Source: Ktedonobacterales bacterium
GTDB taxonomy: Bacteria; Chloroflexota; Ktedonobacteria; Ktedonobacterales; JADMIN01
NCBI GenBank assembly: GCA_036258195.1
Contig: DATAED010000076.1
Location: 9,981-73,980 of the forward strand
Length of the DNA: 64,000 nucleotides
Direction of reading: 5' to 3'
The notes beneath the pieces are model-generated. The model did no database searches and was not told the origin of the DNA. It saw nothing but the letters and a program-made list of their open reading frames with translations. Positions 46,001 through 54,429 of the stretch are shown here, one piece after another; the stretch's first letter is position 1; each line of letters begins with the position of its first letter. The translations under genes were made by a program, and so were the position numbers.

Positions 46001-46747
46001 CGCCGCCGCCGCCACATCGGTGCCGAGCAGCATGCGACCGCTCGTGTCGAGCGTCACCTGCGCCTGAATTGGGAGGGTCTTGCCCGTCTCCGCGAAGGCC
46101 AGCCGCGCGCCGTGAATCGCTGCGCGCACCTCCAGGATGTCCTGGCTGGTCTCGATCAGCAGCAGGTCGGCGCCGCCATCGATCAGCGCCGCAGCCTGCT
46201 CGCGGTACAACTCCGCCAGCTCGGCGTAGGTGATGTTGCTCAGCGAGGGGTCATCGGAGGAGGGCAGCATGCCCGTCGGCCCCATCGAGCCGGCGACGAA
46301 GCGCGGGCGCTCGGCGGTGGCGAACTCATCGGCGGCGGCGCGGGCAACGCGAGCGGCGGCGCTATTGATCTCGTGGGTGCGCTCGCCCAGGCCGTAATCG
46401 TCCAGCTTGAGGCGCGTGCCGGTGAAGGTATCCGTCTCGATGACATCGGCGCCAGCGGCCAGGTAGGCGCGGTGAATCTCGCCGATCAGATCGGGACGCG
46501 AGACGGCCAGAATCTCGGGGCAGCCATCATAGCGCTCGCCCCCGTAATCGGCTGCGCTGAGGTTGAGATTCAGGATCTGCGTCCCCATCGCGCCGTCAAA
46601 GATCAGCACGCGCCGCCGCGCCTCGGCCAGATAGACGCTCTCAGGCGCCGTCTGGGGCTTTTGGTTCGTATCGCCAGTCGTCGTGTCCGCCACAGAAGTC
46701 AAGGCCATGCCCTCCCGCCACAAGGGCGCCGCGTCGCGCCGGGTCAT
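43040..46747 (-). CDS. metH: Cobalamin-dependent methionine synthase
   Basis: The product is ~1235 aa with an Hcy-binding domain (VLIFDGAMGTQ), a pterin-binding domain, the B12-binding DVHDIGKN (DxHxxG) motif and an AdoMet-activation domain (RYSWGYAAIPE). The start is ambiguous between 46747 and 46708. Confidence 0.92.
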   Translation of the reverse strand: MTRRDAAPLWREGMALTSVADTTTGDTNQKPQTAPESVYLAEARRRVLIFDGAMGTQILNLNLSAADYGGERYDGCPEILAVSRPDLIGEIHRAYLAAGADVIETDTFTGTRLKLDDYGLGERTHEINSAAARVARAAADEFATAERPRFVAGSMGPTGMLPSSDDPSLSNITYAELAELYREQAAALIDGGADLLLIETSQDILEVRAAIHGARLAFAETGKTLPIQAQVTLDTSGRMLLGTDVAAAATIVRRLNVDVIGLNCSTGPEHMREPMRWLTENLDVPISAIPNAGLPLNQNGRAIYPMEPEPMAEQLATFVGELGVNIVGGCCGTTPEHIRQLAARIAALPEARQRTAPERLAQFTDETRNRTALLVASAVRAVSLQQDPAPMLIGERVNSQGSRKIKRALLADDYDTLTQVARAQMDGGAHTLDVCVALTERGDELQQMRQAVKKLEMGVEAPLILDSTEANVIKAALETYPGRAVINSVNLENGRQRVDAVLPLAREHGAAVVALTIDEEGMAKTADRKVAVARRIHDIATGEFELPPQALLFDTLTFPVTTGQEDLRDSAVQTLEAIRRVKAELPGVLTILGVSNVSFGVAPHARAALNSVFLHHAVRAGLDAAIVNPADITPYAEIPEEERAICDDLLLNRSEDALPRFIAYYEQHGTPTEKEEVADPTEGMTVDQRLHYQILHRKKEGVEALIDAAVAYRVAGQSAEDASPTARPEGAPAPGESAEGWETNSAFSHAAVDTLNNTLLPAMKDVGDRFGAGELILPFVLQSAEVMKRAVAHLERYLERAEGYTKGRVVLATVFGDVHDIGKNLVNTILSNNGYTVYDLGKQTPINTIIEKAIEVKADAIGLSALLVSTSKQMPLCVQELERRGLKIPVIIGGAAINRAYGYRVLFGGDETATESYAPGVFYARDAFEGLDLMDQLTDDQKRDTLVEKVNAEALAARERQAERERKAQERGPRIAERPQIPAAPDVQPPFWGARVLDRVAVEDVAAYLDRNALFRGRWGGVAHGAEYERLVREEFEPRLERMLRQARQRGWLRPRAVYGYFPARVEGDDLLILDQEQRSEVIERFTFPRQGEGERLCLTDYYATDGERAAVVPLQVVTMGGHATVETARMQAAGDYTEAYFLHGLSVQMAEAMADYANERIRSELALPEGAARRYSWGYAAIPELADHERVFRLLGAPEAIGVTLTESYQLNPEQSTAAIIVPNPAAVYFAVRE

Positions 46748-46940
46748 TCACGCCAAAAGCGCGCTTCATTGTATACCCGACCGGGCGCTCGCCGCGAGTG
46801 ACAAAAGTCGCACCGGCGGCCCATAGGGCGCATTTGAGCGGTCGGCGCAAGTATGGAGAGCCAGAGACGCACCGACGATTCCCAGCCCGCGCAGGCAGGC
46901 TTTGCGGCGGAACGCCCTTAGCTGCGGGTTTACCCGCCTG

Positions 46941-47471
46941 TCAACCGGCGGACTCTACCAGCGCGGCGACCAGCTCGCGCAGGAAATCCGGGATGTCCTC
47001 CACGACGCGCCCCCAGACCATGTTGCCCGAGCGCAGGGCTGGCTCATCGACCCACGTCGCGCCCGCGTGTACCATATCGTCGCGGATGCCGCGCGAGCCT
47101 GTCACGCGCATGCCGCGCACAATGTCGGCGGACGCGGGAACCCAGCCACCATGGCAGATCACCCCGATCACCTTGCCCGCCTGATTCACTTCGCGCGTGA
47201 TGCGCAGCACATCCTCGCTGCGCCGCAGCTTGTCTGGCGCCCAGCCACCTGGGATGACCAGCGCATCGAGCGTGGCGGCATCTACCTCGCTGGCTGCCAC
47301 CTCCGGCCTGGCGGTGAGGCAGTGCTTGGCCGTCACGGCGTCATGCGACAGGCCGATGATCAGCGTGCGCGCGCCCTCCTCGCGCAGACGCATCACCGGA
47401 ACCCAGAACTCCAGATCCTCGAATCCTTCTGCGACGAAGACACCTACCGTCTTGCCATCCAGCCGTCCCAT
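46941..47471 (-). CDS. DJ-1/PfpI-family protein (type 1 glutamine amidotransferase-like)
   Basis: VGVFVAEGFEDLEF..., LVIPGG and the nucleophile elbow VIGVICHGG are present. AAGGAGA precedes the ATG. Confidence 0.8.
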   Translation of the reverse strand: MGRLDGKTVGVFVAEGFEDLEFWVPVMRLREEGARTLIIGLSHDAVTAKHCLTARPEVAASEVDAATLDALVIPGGWAPDKLRRSEDVLRITREVNQAGKVIGVICHGGWVPASADIVRGMRVTGSRGIRDDMVHAGATWVDEPALRSGNMVWGRVVEDIPDFLRELVAALVESAG

Positions 47472-47500
47472 CGCTCATCTCCTTTGCGCGCTGCGAGGCG

Positions 47501-47995
47501 CTACCCGTTGATCGTGAATGCCGCGAGTATCGCATACTGAGGGCACGCCTCGTTGGGCTGACACAGCGCGCCCCCTACGAACGTTACCACGGCCTTGCTC
47601 GCCTGTGCGACGCGGAAATCCCACACGCAGTCACCGTCCTCCAGCGCGCCCTGGGCGCCAGCAGGCGTCAGCGCGCTCCCAGGGTCGATGGAATTGTGCC
47701 CCCATTTGTTGTGCTCATCCAGCCGAATCTCGACAATCTGGCCCACTGGCACGGCTGCCTCCTTCGGCCCGCTGGTATTGCGCAGGATCACGGCTGGCGT
47801 CCCTTCGCTGGCAGCAGGCGCGCCCGTGCAGGGCAGCGGAGCGCCCGTCGTCGCCGTGGCTGCCGGAGCGCCGGGAACGCCACGATCCCCCGTGCCGCCT
47901 CCCGCGCCAACCAGACCGCCACACCCCGCCACCAGCAGCGCCAACATCAACGCAGACGCCAGCAGCGCGCCGCGCCGCACGATCAACAGCCGCAT
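47501..47995 (-). CDS. Lipoprotein of unknown function
   Basis: The signal/lipobox is MRLLIVRRGALLASALMLALLVAGCGG, followed by a Gly/Ala/Pro linker and a ~100-aa Cys-containing domain. GGGAGAA precedes the ATG. Confidence 0.6.
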   Translation of the reverse strand: MRLLIVRRGALLASALMLALLVAGCGGLVGAGGGTGDRGVPGAPAATATTGAPLPCTGAPAASEGTPAVILRNTSGPKEAAVPVGQIVEIRLDEHNKWGHNSIDPGSALTPAGAQGALEDGDCVWDFRVAQASKAVVTFVGGALCQPNEACPQYAILAAFTING

Positions 47996-48121
47996 CGTGG
48001 ATTCTCCCTGCTCATCGCCTGCGCCCAGCTAGCGCGCATGCTTCTGCTGGCGAGACGCCGCGCGTGATAGAATAGTTCCCGCATCAACCGGGCCGCAGTG
48101 CAGATCATATGAGGATTCCTG

Positions 48122-48721
48122 ATGATCATTCCAACGCCTTTTCCCAGCCAGATTCCCCTGTTCGACGAGCTACAGGGCGAGCGCGTTGTCGTGCGCCCGC
48201 ACACCCCTGCTGACTTCGACGAACTGTGGGCGATCATTCAAGCCTCGCGCGACGAGCTTCGCCCCTGGCTGCCCTTCGCCGATCAGTCGCAAGATATCCT
48301 GCGCAACTGGCTGGCGAAAACCTCCGCCCAGTGGATCACGCGCGAGTTTATGGGCATGGCCATCGTCGAGCGCGTCTCGCATCGGCTGGTCGGCAATATC
48401 GGGCTGATGGTGAAGGAGGGATGGGATATCCGCTCGTTTGAGATCGGCTACTGGCTGGCCACCAGCGCCGTGGGGCATGGCTACATGGCCGAGGCCGTGC
48501 GGCTGGTGACGGATTTCGCGTTCGACCACCTCGACGCCCAGCGTGTCATGATTCGCTGCGACGCCGAGAATACCCGCAGCGCCGCCGTTCCCACCCGCCT
48601 GGGCTTCACGCTGGAGGGCCGCATGCGCCGCGACTTCGCTTCACCTGATGGCCACATCCGCGATACACTGGTCTTCTCGATGATCCGCGACGACAAGCGC
48701 TGGCCTCAGCCTACCGCCTGA
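48122..48721 (+). CDS. GNAT-family N-acetyltransferase (RimJ/RimL-like)
   Basis: The Acetyltransf_3-like pattern includes ...VVVRPHTPADFDELW... and the acetyl-CoA pocket region VGHGYMAEAVRLVTDFAF. Confidence 0.75.
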   Translation: MIIPTPFPSQIPLFDELQGERVVVRPHTPADFDELWAIIQASRDELRPWLPFADQSQDILRNWLAKTSAQWITREFMGMAIVERVSHRLVGNIGLMVKEGWDIRSFEIGYWLATSAVGHGYMAEAVRLVTDFAFDHLDAQRVMIRCDAENTRSAAVPTRLGFTLEGRMRRDFASPDGHIRDTLVFSMIRDDKRWPQPTA

Positions 48722-48746
48722 GGCGCCTACCGCCAGGAGACGTGCG

Positions 48747-50120
48747 ATGACCGCATCACACCCACCATCCTATCACGACTATTGGGCCGCGGCGCTCAAG
48801 TCCAGCGCCCCCTATCACGGACTGACCGGCGGCGACGCTCGCTGGGAGACGCCTGTGATCATCCGTGGCGCGCGCATCATCACGGGAGAGGACTCCGAGC
48901 CTATCGAGCGCGGCGCGCTGGTCTTTGAGGGCGAGCGCATCGTCGCGGTGGGGCGCGAGAGCGAGGTAGAGGCGCCGCGCGGCGCGCACAGCATCGACGC
49001 CGACGGCATGACGCTGATGCCCGGCCTGATCGACTGCCACGTCCACCTGAATGGACGCTGGGGATACAACCTGCTCGATGCGCTCCAGACCTCGCCATCG
49101 CTGGGACTGCTCTACAGCGTTCCCAACGCTCGCGCTACGCTGGAGGCCGGCGTCACGACGGTGCGCGACGCGGGTGGCACGCCCGCAGGTGTGCGCCAGG
49201 CCATCGAGCGCGGCTTGTTCCCCGGCCCGCGCATGCTCGCTGCCGTCACCCTCCTCTCGCAGACGGGTGGGCACGGCGATAATTTCATGCCGTGCTGCGT
49301 CGATCTCAGCGGCATGGTCGCTGGCGTACCGCTGATGCGCGACGTGCCGCATAGCGTCGTGGACGGCGTGGACGGCATGCGCCACAAAGTGCGCGAGGTG
49401 CTGCGCGCAGGCGCCGACTGGATCAAGCTCTGCACCAGCGGCGGCGTGCTCTCGGCCAGCGATGCGCCTGAATCCGCGCAGTTCACCGTCGAGGAGATCA
49501 GAGTCGCGGTGGAGGAGGCGGCGGCGCAGGGCAAGCGCTGCATGGCGCACGCGCAGAGCAATCGGGGCATCAAGAACGCCATCGTCGCTGGCGTCGCCAG
49601 CATCGAGCACGGCATCTATCTGGACGATGAAGCCATCGCCATGATGCTGGAGCGCGGTGTGTATCTGGTTCCAACGCTGGTCGCGCCGCAAGATGTGGTG
49701 GACGCCGCCGAGGCCAACCCCGGCACGCTGCCCGCCTACGCCATCGAGAAGGCCACGCACGTCATCGAGGATCACCGGCGCAGCTTCCGCATGGCGGTCG
49801 AGGCTGGCGTGAAGATCGCGATGGGCACCGACACCGGCGTCGGCCCGCATGGCGGCAACGCGCGCGAGCTCGACCTGATGTCGCGCTACGGCGGCATGAG
49901 CAGCATGCAGGCGATCACCGCCAGCACGCGCGTGGCCGCCGAGCTGCTGCATCTGGATGGGCAGACTGGCACGCTGGCCGCTGGCAAGCTGGCCGATCTG
50001 CTGGTGGTGCAGGGCGATCCACTGGCCGACCTGGGCATACTCGCGCAGCCCGACCGGCTCGCACTGGTCGTGAAATCCGGCGCCGCCGCCCGCGACCGCC
50101 TCTCTTCTCCGCGCGGTTGA
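48747..50120 (+). CDS. Amidohydrolase-superfamily metallo-hydrolase (imidazolonepropionase / Xaa-Pro dipeptidase-like)
   Basis: PGLIDCHVHL (HxH metal site), AHAQS, IEHG and GTDTG (metal-binding Asp) are present. AGGAGA lies 7 nt before the ATG. Confidence 0.8.
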   Translation: MTASHPPSYHDYWAAALKSSAPYHGLTGGDARWETPVIIRGARIITGEDSEPIERGALVFEGERIVAVGRESEVEAPRGAHSIDADGMTLMPGLIDCHVHLNGRWGYNLLDALQTSPSLGLLYSVPNARATLEAGVTTVRDAGGTPAGVRQAIERGLFPGPRMLAAVTLLSQTGGHGDNFMPCCVDLSGMVAGVPLMRDVPHSVVDGVDGMRHKVREVLRAGADWIKLCTSGGVLSASDAPESAQFTVEEIRVAVEEAAAQGKRCMAHAQSNRGIKNAIVAGVASIEHGIYLDDEAIAMMLERGVYLVPTLVAPQDVVDAAEANPGTLPAYAIEKATHVIEDHRRSFRMAVEAGVKIAMGTDTGVGPHGGNARELDLMSRYGGMSSMQAITASTRVAAELLHLDGQTGTLAAGKLADLLVVQGDPLADLGILAQPDRLALVVKSGAAARDRLSSPRG

Positions 50121-50162
50121 ATCTGGCTCGCCCTACGAGAAGGCCAGCCGTCAGATCATATC

Positions 50163-50214
50163 CCCCCAGCTCCCCCTCTCTCCTGCGGGAGAGGGGGAGC
50201 TGGGGGTGAGGTCG
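50163..50214 (+). repeat. Family-A GC-rich hairpin repeat, best-preserved copy (likely bidirectional terminator)
   Basis: A perfect 18-bp stem, CCCCCAGCTCCCCCTCTC (50163-50180) / GAGAGGGGGAGCTGGGGG (50189-50206), with loop TCCTGCGG and tail TGAGGTCG. It lies between convergent genes. Confidence 0.8.
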
Positions 50215-50218
50215 CGCC

Positions 50219-50446
50219 TCAAATCCGATTGATCGTCTTGCCCATGAACTTGCCGAACAGCTTATAGGCGAACTTGCGCAGGAAGTAGCGCTCGATGCGC
50301 TTCGGATTGCCGCTGGCCAGCACTTCGCCCATGTAGACCGTGCTATCGACCTTGCGAGCGCCCCGCGCGACCTTGTGCTCCTCCGCCGCCATGTGGTTCA
50401 GTCCGTTCGAGCTTCCATGATGCTGATTTGAATGGCCCTGGCTCAT
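50219..50446 (-). CDS. 75-aa protein of unknown function (His/Asn/Gly-rich N-terminus, basic amphipathic C-terminus)
   Basis: GAGGAGG lies 9 nt upstream of the ATG. Translation is MSQGHSNQHHGSSNGLNHMAAEEHK...RYFLRKFAYKLFGKFMGKTINRI. I recognise no family. Confidence 0.45.
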   Translation of the reverse strand: MSQGHSNQHHGSSNGLNHMAAEEHKVARGARKVDSTVYMGEVLASGNPKRIERYFLRKFAYKLFGKFMGKTINRI

Positions 50447-50628
50447 CGGCGTTCGCCTCCTCGTTCACACACATGTCGTTCCCATCGACGGGGCCGAAGC
50501 CATCGGACCTCGCGGCTGATGACCACACATGGCATGCTAGGCAAGCGCTCTGCCACTGTCAAACGTGGGGACGATTGGGGCGCCCCGATTGGCGACGACG
50601 GCATACGGCCCACAGGAGAACGACAGCG

Positions 50629-51132
50629 ATGGAAACGCCAGCCTACCGTGGCTGCCCCGGCTGCGGGCTGCGCCTGCCCATCATCGACGCCATCGACGAC
50701 CCGCGCTTCTTTGCGTCCCCTGAGTGCCAACGCATCCATGCCGAGTTGACCTACTACACCGTCATGCGCAGCGATCCTGACTTCATCCACCAGCATCTCG
50801 TGGACGCCTACGCCGCCCAGCACGCGAACGACGCGCAGCCGCCCATCCGCGTCGCCTTCGCGCTGGTTGGACTGTATCTGGCCTTCGAGCAGGGCGCCAC
50901 GGGCAAGCAGGCGCAGCGCATGCACATGCTGCTGGCCCAGCGCTCGAAGCAGTGGCCGCGCTTCCCACGCCCCACGTACACAGGCGCGCTGACCGTGCAG
51001 GATGTCATCAGCGCGACGCCCGGCCCACAGCGCGACGCGGCGCTGATGCGCTGGGCGCGCTGCGTCTGGGACGCCTGGGCGCACGAGCGCGAGGCCGTCA
51101 AACGCCTGATCGACACTGTCATGGGCAAGTAG
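50629..51132 (+). CDS. DUF5946-like protein (N-terminal CxxC pair), function unknown
   Basis: I moved the start to the ATG at 50629, after AGGAGA: METPAYRGCPGCGLRLP...SPECQRIHAELTYYT...HQHLVDAYAAQH. The family call is from memory. Confidence 0.5.
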   Translation: METPAYRGCPGCGLRLPIIDAIDDPRFFASPECQRIHAELTYYTVMRSDPDFIHQHLVDAYAAQHANDAQPPIRVAFALVGLYLAFEQGATGKQAQRMHMLLAQRSKQWPRFPRPTYTGALTVQDVISATPGPQRDAALMRWARCVWDAWAHEREAVKRLIDTVMGK

Positions 51133-51240
51133 GCCGAGCGCCCACGGTTGTCTGACCGATTGCGAAACGTGTATGAGTATTAAGAGATTAGCGAAGCCCA
51201 CACAGCGCGTTTCCCCCATCCGCGAGAGGATCGATCAGCG

Positions 51241-52866
51241 ATGGCCCGTGACGATGCGCCTCCCGCCTCCGCCACCTGGCGCGATGGCGAGCATCCCGAT
51301 GACGACCTGATCGTCACCCGCGAATCGCTCGACGACGCGACGCCTCCACCTGCGCCGTGGGAGGGCCACGGCTGGCTGCTGCATGGCGACGGCCGCGACG
51401 ACGACGATAGCCAGCGCGACGTCAGCACGACCGCGCCGCTGGCCACCAGCGCGCTCATCCGCATCGTCTGGAGTCGCAGCCTGACGTTCCGCCAGAAGGC
51501 GCTGCGCGCAGGCGGCATGCTCCTGCTCGTGCTGCTGGCCGTCTATCTGGTGATCGGCGGGCCTGCCGCGACCCCCGGCTTCTTCGCTCGCGTAGGCGAC
51601 GCCGTCAACGCTCGCCTGCATCCGCCCAAGCCACAGCCCACGCTGGCCGAGCGTGGCTATACCTTCATCAAATCGCCGCCCGGCTCATACAACCTGCCGG
51701 AGATCAGCATCGCGCCAGTCGTCGATCACGCCAATGCCGCCTGGGCCTGCTGGTCTTCGCCCTTCTCAGCGGGCGCGCCGCGTGGCGTCTGGAGCGCCGA
51801 GGCGTTCTACACGGATAGCGGTGGCAGCCACTGGAGCCGCCTGCCACTGCCGCAGTCCACCGGACTCGACTGCTCGACGCTCGCCGATGGCCAGAACAGC
51901 GCCAACGCGCTGATCGCGCTGGGGCAGGGTCTGGCGCCTGATGGTAGCTGCATCGCGCCATTCCTCTACCTGACCACCGACACGGGCGCATCATGGATAA
52001 AGATTCCCTGGCCGCTTGGCCCATCCGAGGCGGCGTGCCAGTTCAGCGCCGCGCTCGAAGGGGGCGTCATCTACCTCTGGGCGCCAACGCCTCTGGTGCG
52101 AGGAACCAGCCCGTACGCGTCCCCATCCGGTCGCCTGGTCGTCTCACGCGACCATGGTCAGACCTGGGCGCTGGCCGATAACGGACTGGACGACATCACT
52201 CAGCTCAACATCGTCGGCTTTCGGCCCGGCGGCTCCATCCTCGCCGAGATTGCCGATGTCCAGGGCAACGGCTCCTCGTCGCTGCTGATGGCGAGTGACG
52301 ACTACGGCGCCTCGTGGCGCAGCCTCGGCGATCTGCCCGGCGCCTTCCCGCAGGTCTTTGTCTCGTCCGACCACCGCGCCGCTGATCCCGCAGGTTGGGG
52401 CCGCCTCTACGTCCTCTCGCGTACCGTCGTCAACAACTCCCCCAGCGTCCCGCCAGCCTACGCGCTCTCGACTGGCTTTCTCGGCGGCAAATGGTCGGAT
52501 GTCCCGCTGCCCCCGCTGGCGGCGGGTCAGGCGTCCACGGCGACCGCCAATCAGCCGCTGGTCATCGGGGTCGGCCCGGTAGGCTCGCTGGAGGTCGAGC
52601 GCGGCATCGTGGAGTCGCACAACGCGCAGCTCAGCCCCGCGCGCCTGCTGTGGGTCTGGGATCCTCTCCACAGCGAGTGGCTGCAGGATCCGCAGGGCAT
52701 CCCTGGCAATCTGGCGCTGGAGGGATCGAGCTGGCGCGCAGGCGATCAGATCATCTGGGTGACGACCCTCCAGCTCGGCGTGCCACCCGTCTTGCAGATC
52801 TACACCAAGACGTATCCTGCCGACTTACTCGCGCACATTCAGTCGGGCCAGCAAGCCAACACATAA
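51241..52866 (+). CDS. Membrane-anchored BNR/Asp-box repeat beta-propeller protein (Ycf48/sialidase-like fold)
   Basis: An acidic N-terminus and a TM helix (GGMLLLVLLAVYLVIGG) are followed by four Asp-box-like repeats: TDSGGSHW, TDTGASW, SRDHGQTW and SDDYGASW. Confidence 0.65.
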   Translation: MARDDAPPASATWRDGEHPDDDLIVTRESLDDATPPPAPWEGHGWLLHGDGRDDDDSQRDVSTTAPLATSALIRIVWSRSLTFRQKALRAGGMLLLVLLAVYLVIGGPAATPGFFARVGDAVNARLHPPKPQPTLAERGYTFIKSPPGSYNLPEISIAPVVDHANAAWACWSSPFSAGAPRGVWSAEAFYTDSGGSHWSRLPLPQSTGLDCSTLADGQNSANALIALGQGLAPDGSCIAPFLYLTTDTGASWIKIPWPLGPSEAACQFSAALEGGVIYLWAPTPLVRGTSPYASPSGRLVVSRDHGQTWALADNGLDDITQLNIVGFRPGGSILAEIADVQGNGSSSLLMASDDYGASWRSLGDLPGAFPQVFVSSDHRAADPAGWGRLYVLSRTVVNNSPSVPPAYALSTGFLGGKWSDVPLPPLAAGQASTATANQPLVIGVGPVGSLEVERGIVESHNAQLSPARLLWVWDPLHSEWLQDPQGIPGNLALEGSSWRAGDQIIWVTTLQLGVPPVLQIYTKTYPADLLAHIQSGQQANT

Positions 52867-52981
52867 CGCGCCATAGCCAGGAAGACAGGGCGCGGCGGGC
52901 GGACGGGAGCGCATATGATATAGTGCCGTGGATTCACAGGAGTGATCGGATACGTCGATTCCCAGCGAGCGAGGCGAGAGC

Positions 52982-54262
52982 ATGACAGCGGCGACAGACA
53001 GCGCACGGCAGTACGATGTCCTGATTGTGGGCGGCGGCCCAGCGGGCCTGAGCGCGGCTGAGGCGGCCGCCAAAGCAGGCGCGCGCGTGGCCGTGCTGGA
53101 GCGCCGCAAAGAGATCGGCTATCCCGTCCACACGAGCGGTGGGAGCTGGATCAGCGACATGCGCGCCATCGGCGTTCCTGCCGACCTCTACTACCCCATC
53201 CGCGCCGTCACGTTCCTCTCGCCCAAGCGCTCGGTGCAGTTCGACTACGACAATCCCGTCTGCTGCGTGCTGGATGTGCGCGGTGTCTACCAGTTCCTGG
53301 CCAGTCGCGCCATCGCGGCAGGCGCCGAAATTCATCCCAACTCGCCCGTCGAAGGCCCCATCGTCGAGGATGGTCGTGTCGTCGGCGTCACCGCCAAAGA
53401 TCACCGCAACCGCGTCGGCCAGTGGCGCGCCGATGTCGTCATCGACGCTAGCGGCTTCTCCAGCACGCTGGTGACGCGGGCCGGAGTGCGGCGCGGCTTC
53501 CAGCGCTACGGCTACGGCGCCGAATATGATCTCGTCGCGCCCAACTACGACCAGAACATGCTCTACCTCATCATGGGCAGCCAGGTCGCGCCATCGGGCT
53601 ATGCGTGGGCCTTCCCGCGTGGCAAGCAGCGCGTGCGTCTCGGCGTCGGCGTCATTCGCCCCGATGTCGTGGCCGATGCGCGCGAGTACCTCGACTCATT
53701 CACTGAGCGCCTGCCGCAGCTTGCCGACGCCTTCAAGGGCGCCAGCCCCATCGAGTATCACACTGGCCTCTTCCCCTCCGAGGGCGTGGCGGAGAAGTTC
53801 GTCGCCGATGGGCTGATCGCCACGGGCGACTCGGCGGGCCATGGATCCACGCTGGTCGGCGAGGGCATCCGCTTCGCCATTTACAGCGGCCAGATGGCCG
53901 GCTCTGTCGCGGCTGAGGCCGCAAAGGCTGCCAACACTTCCGCTGAGTTCCTGGGACGCTACGACCGCCAGTGGCGCGCGCGCTTTGGCCGCGAGATGGA
54001 CATCTCGTACATTGTCAACCAGCGCATCGCCCAGTGGAGCGACGAGCAGTGGGATGAGGGCGTCGATCTGCTGACGCGCGTCACGCCTGCGCAGGCGGCA
54101 GAGCTGCTGCGCGGCGACTACAGCGTCGCCCTCTTCCTGAGCGTGCTGCGGCGCAATCCCGGCTTGCTGCGCACGGGCGCGCGCAAGTTCTTCGACATCG
54201 CCATGCAGCGCCTGGGCCGCGCTACCCCCGTCACCGACGCCGAGGTCTCCGCCAGCGCATAG
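52982..54262 (+). CDS. Geranylgeranyl reductase-family FAD-dependent oxidoreductase
   Basis: YDVLIVGGGPAGLSAAEAAAKAG (GxGxxG), GDSAG and the overall ~426-aa length are typical of (di)geranylgeranyl reductases. Confidence 0.8.
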   Translation: MTAATDSARQYDVLIVGGGPAGLSAAEAAAKAGARVAVLERRKEIGYPVHTSGGSWISDMRAIGVPADLYYPIRAVTFLSPKRSVQFDYDNPVCCVLDVRGVYQFLASRAIAAGAEIHPNSPVEGPIVEDGRVVGVTAKDHRNRVGQWRADVVIDASGFSSTLVTRAGVRRGFQRYGYGAEYDLVAPNYDQNMLYLIMGSQVAPSGYAWAFPRGKQRVRLGVGVIRPDVVADAREYLDSFTERLPQLADAFKGASPIEYHTGLFPSEGVAEKFVADGLIATGDSAGHGSTLVGEGIRFAIYSGQMAGSVAAEAAKAANTSAEFLGRYDRQWRARFGREMDISYIVNQRIAQWSDEQWDEGVDLLTRVTPAQAAELLRGDYSVALFLSVLRRNPGLLRTGARKFFDIAMQRLGRATPVTDAEVSASA

Positions 54263-54315
54263 GCGCTGAGCTGGCGGAGGGCGCCTACCACTCCGGGCAG
54301 ATGCGCGCGAGGCAG

Positions 54316-54364
54316 GCGGAACCTCTCCCCCTGTCCCCCTCCCCTCCGAGGGAGGGGGAACCCC
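54316..54364 (-). repeat. Family-B GC-rich hairpin repeat, copy 3 (reverse orientation)
   Basis: GCGGAACCTCTCCCCCTGTCCCCCTCCCCTCCGAGGGAGGGGGAACCCC is the reverse complement of copies 1 and 2. It lies between convergent 3' ends. Confidence 0.7.
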
Positions 54365-54429
54365 GTCGAGGCGATATCTGGTCTGGCCAGCGTAATTTCC
54401 CAGGCGCGGTTTCAACCGCCAGCCTGCCG

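Noticed and set aside
46700-46940. Cobalamin or SAM riboswitch upstream of metH
   Set aside because: Only loose fragments resemble the B12 element (GGGAA...GGTGCG). There is no B12 box, no GCCACTG, and no S-box or SAM-IV core. It is reported only as an unexplained leader.
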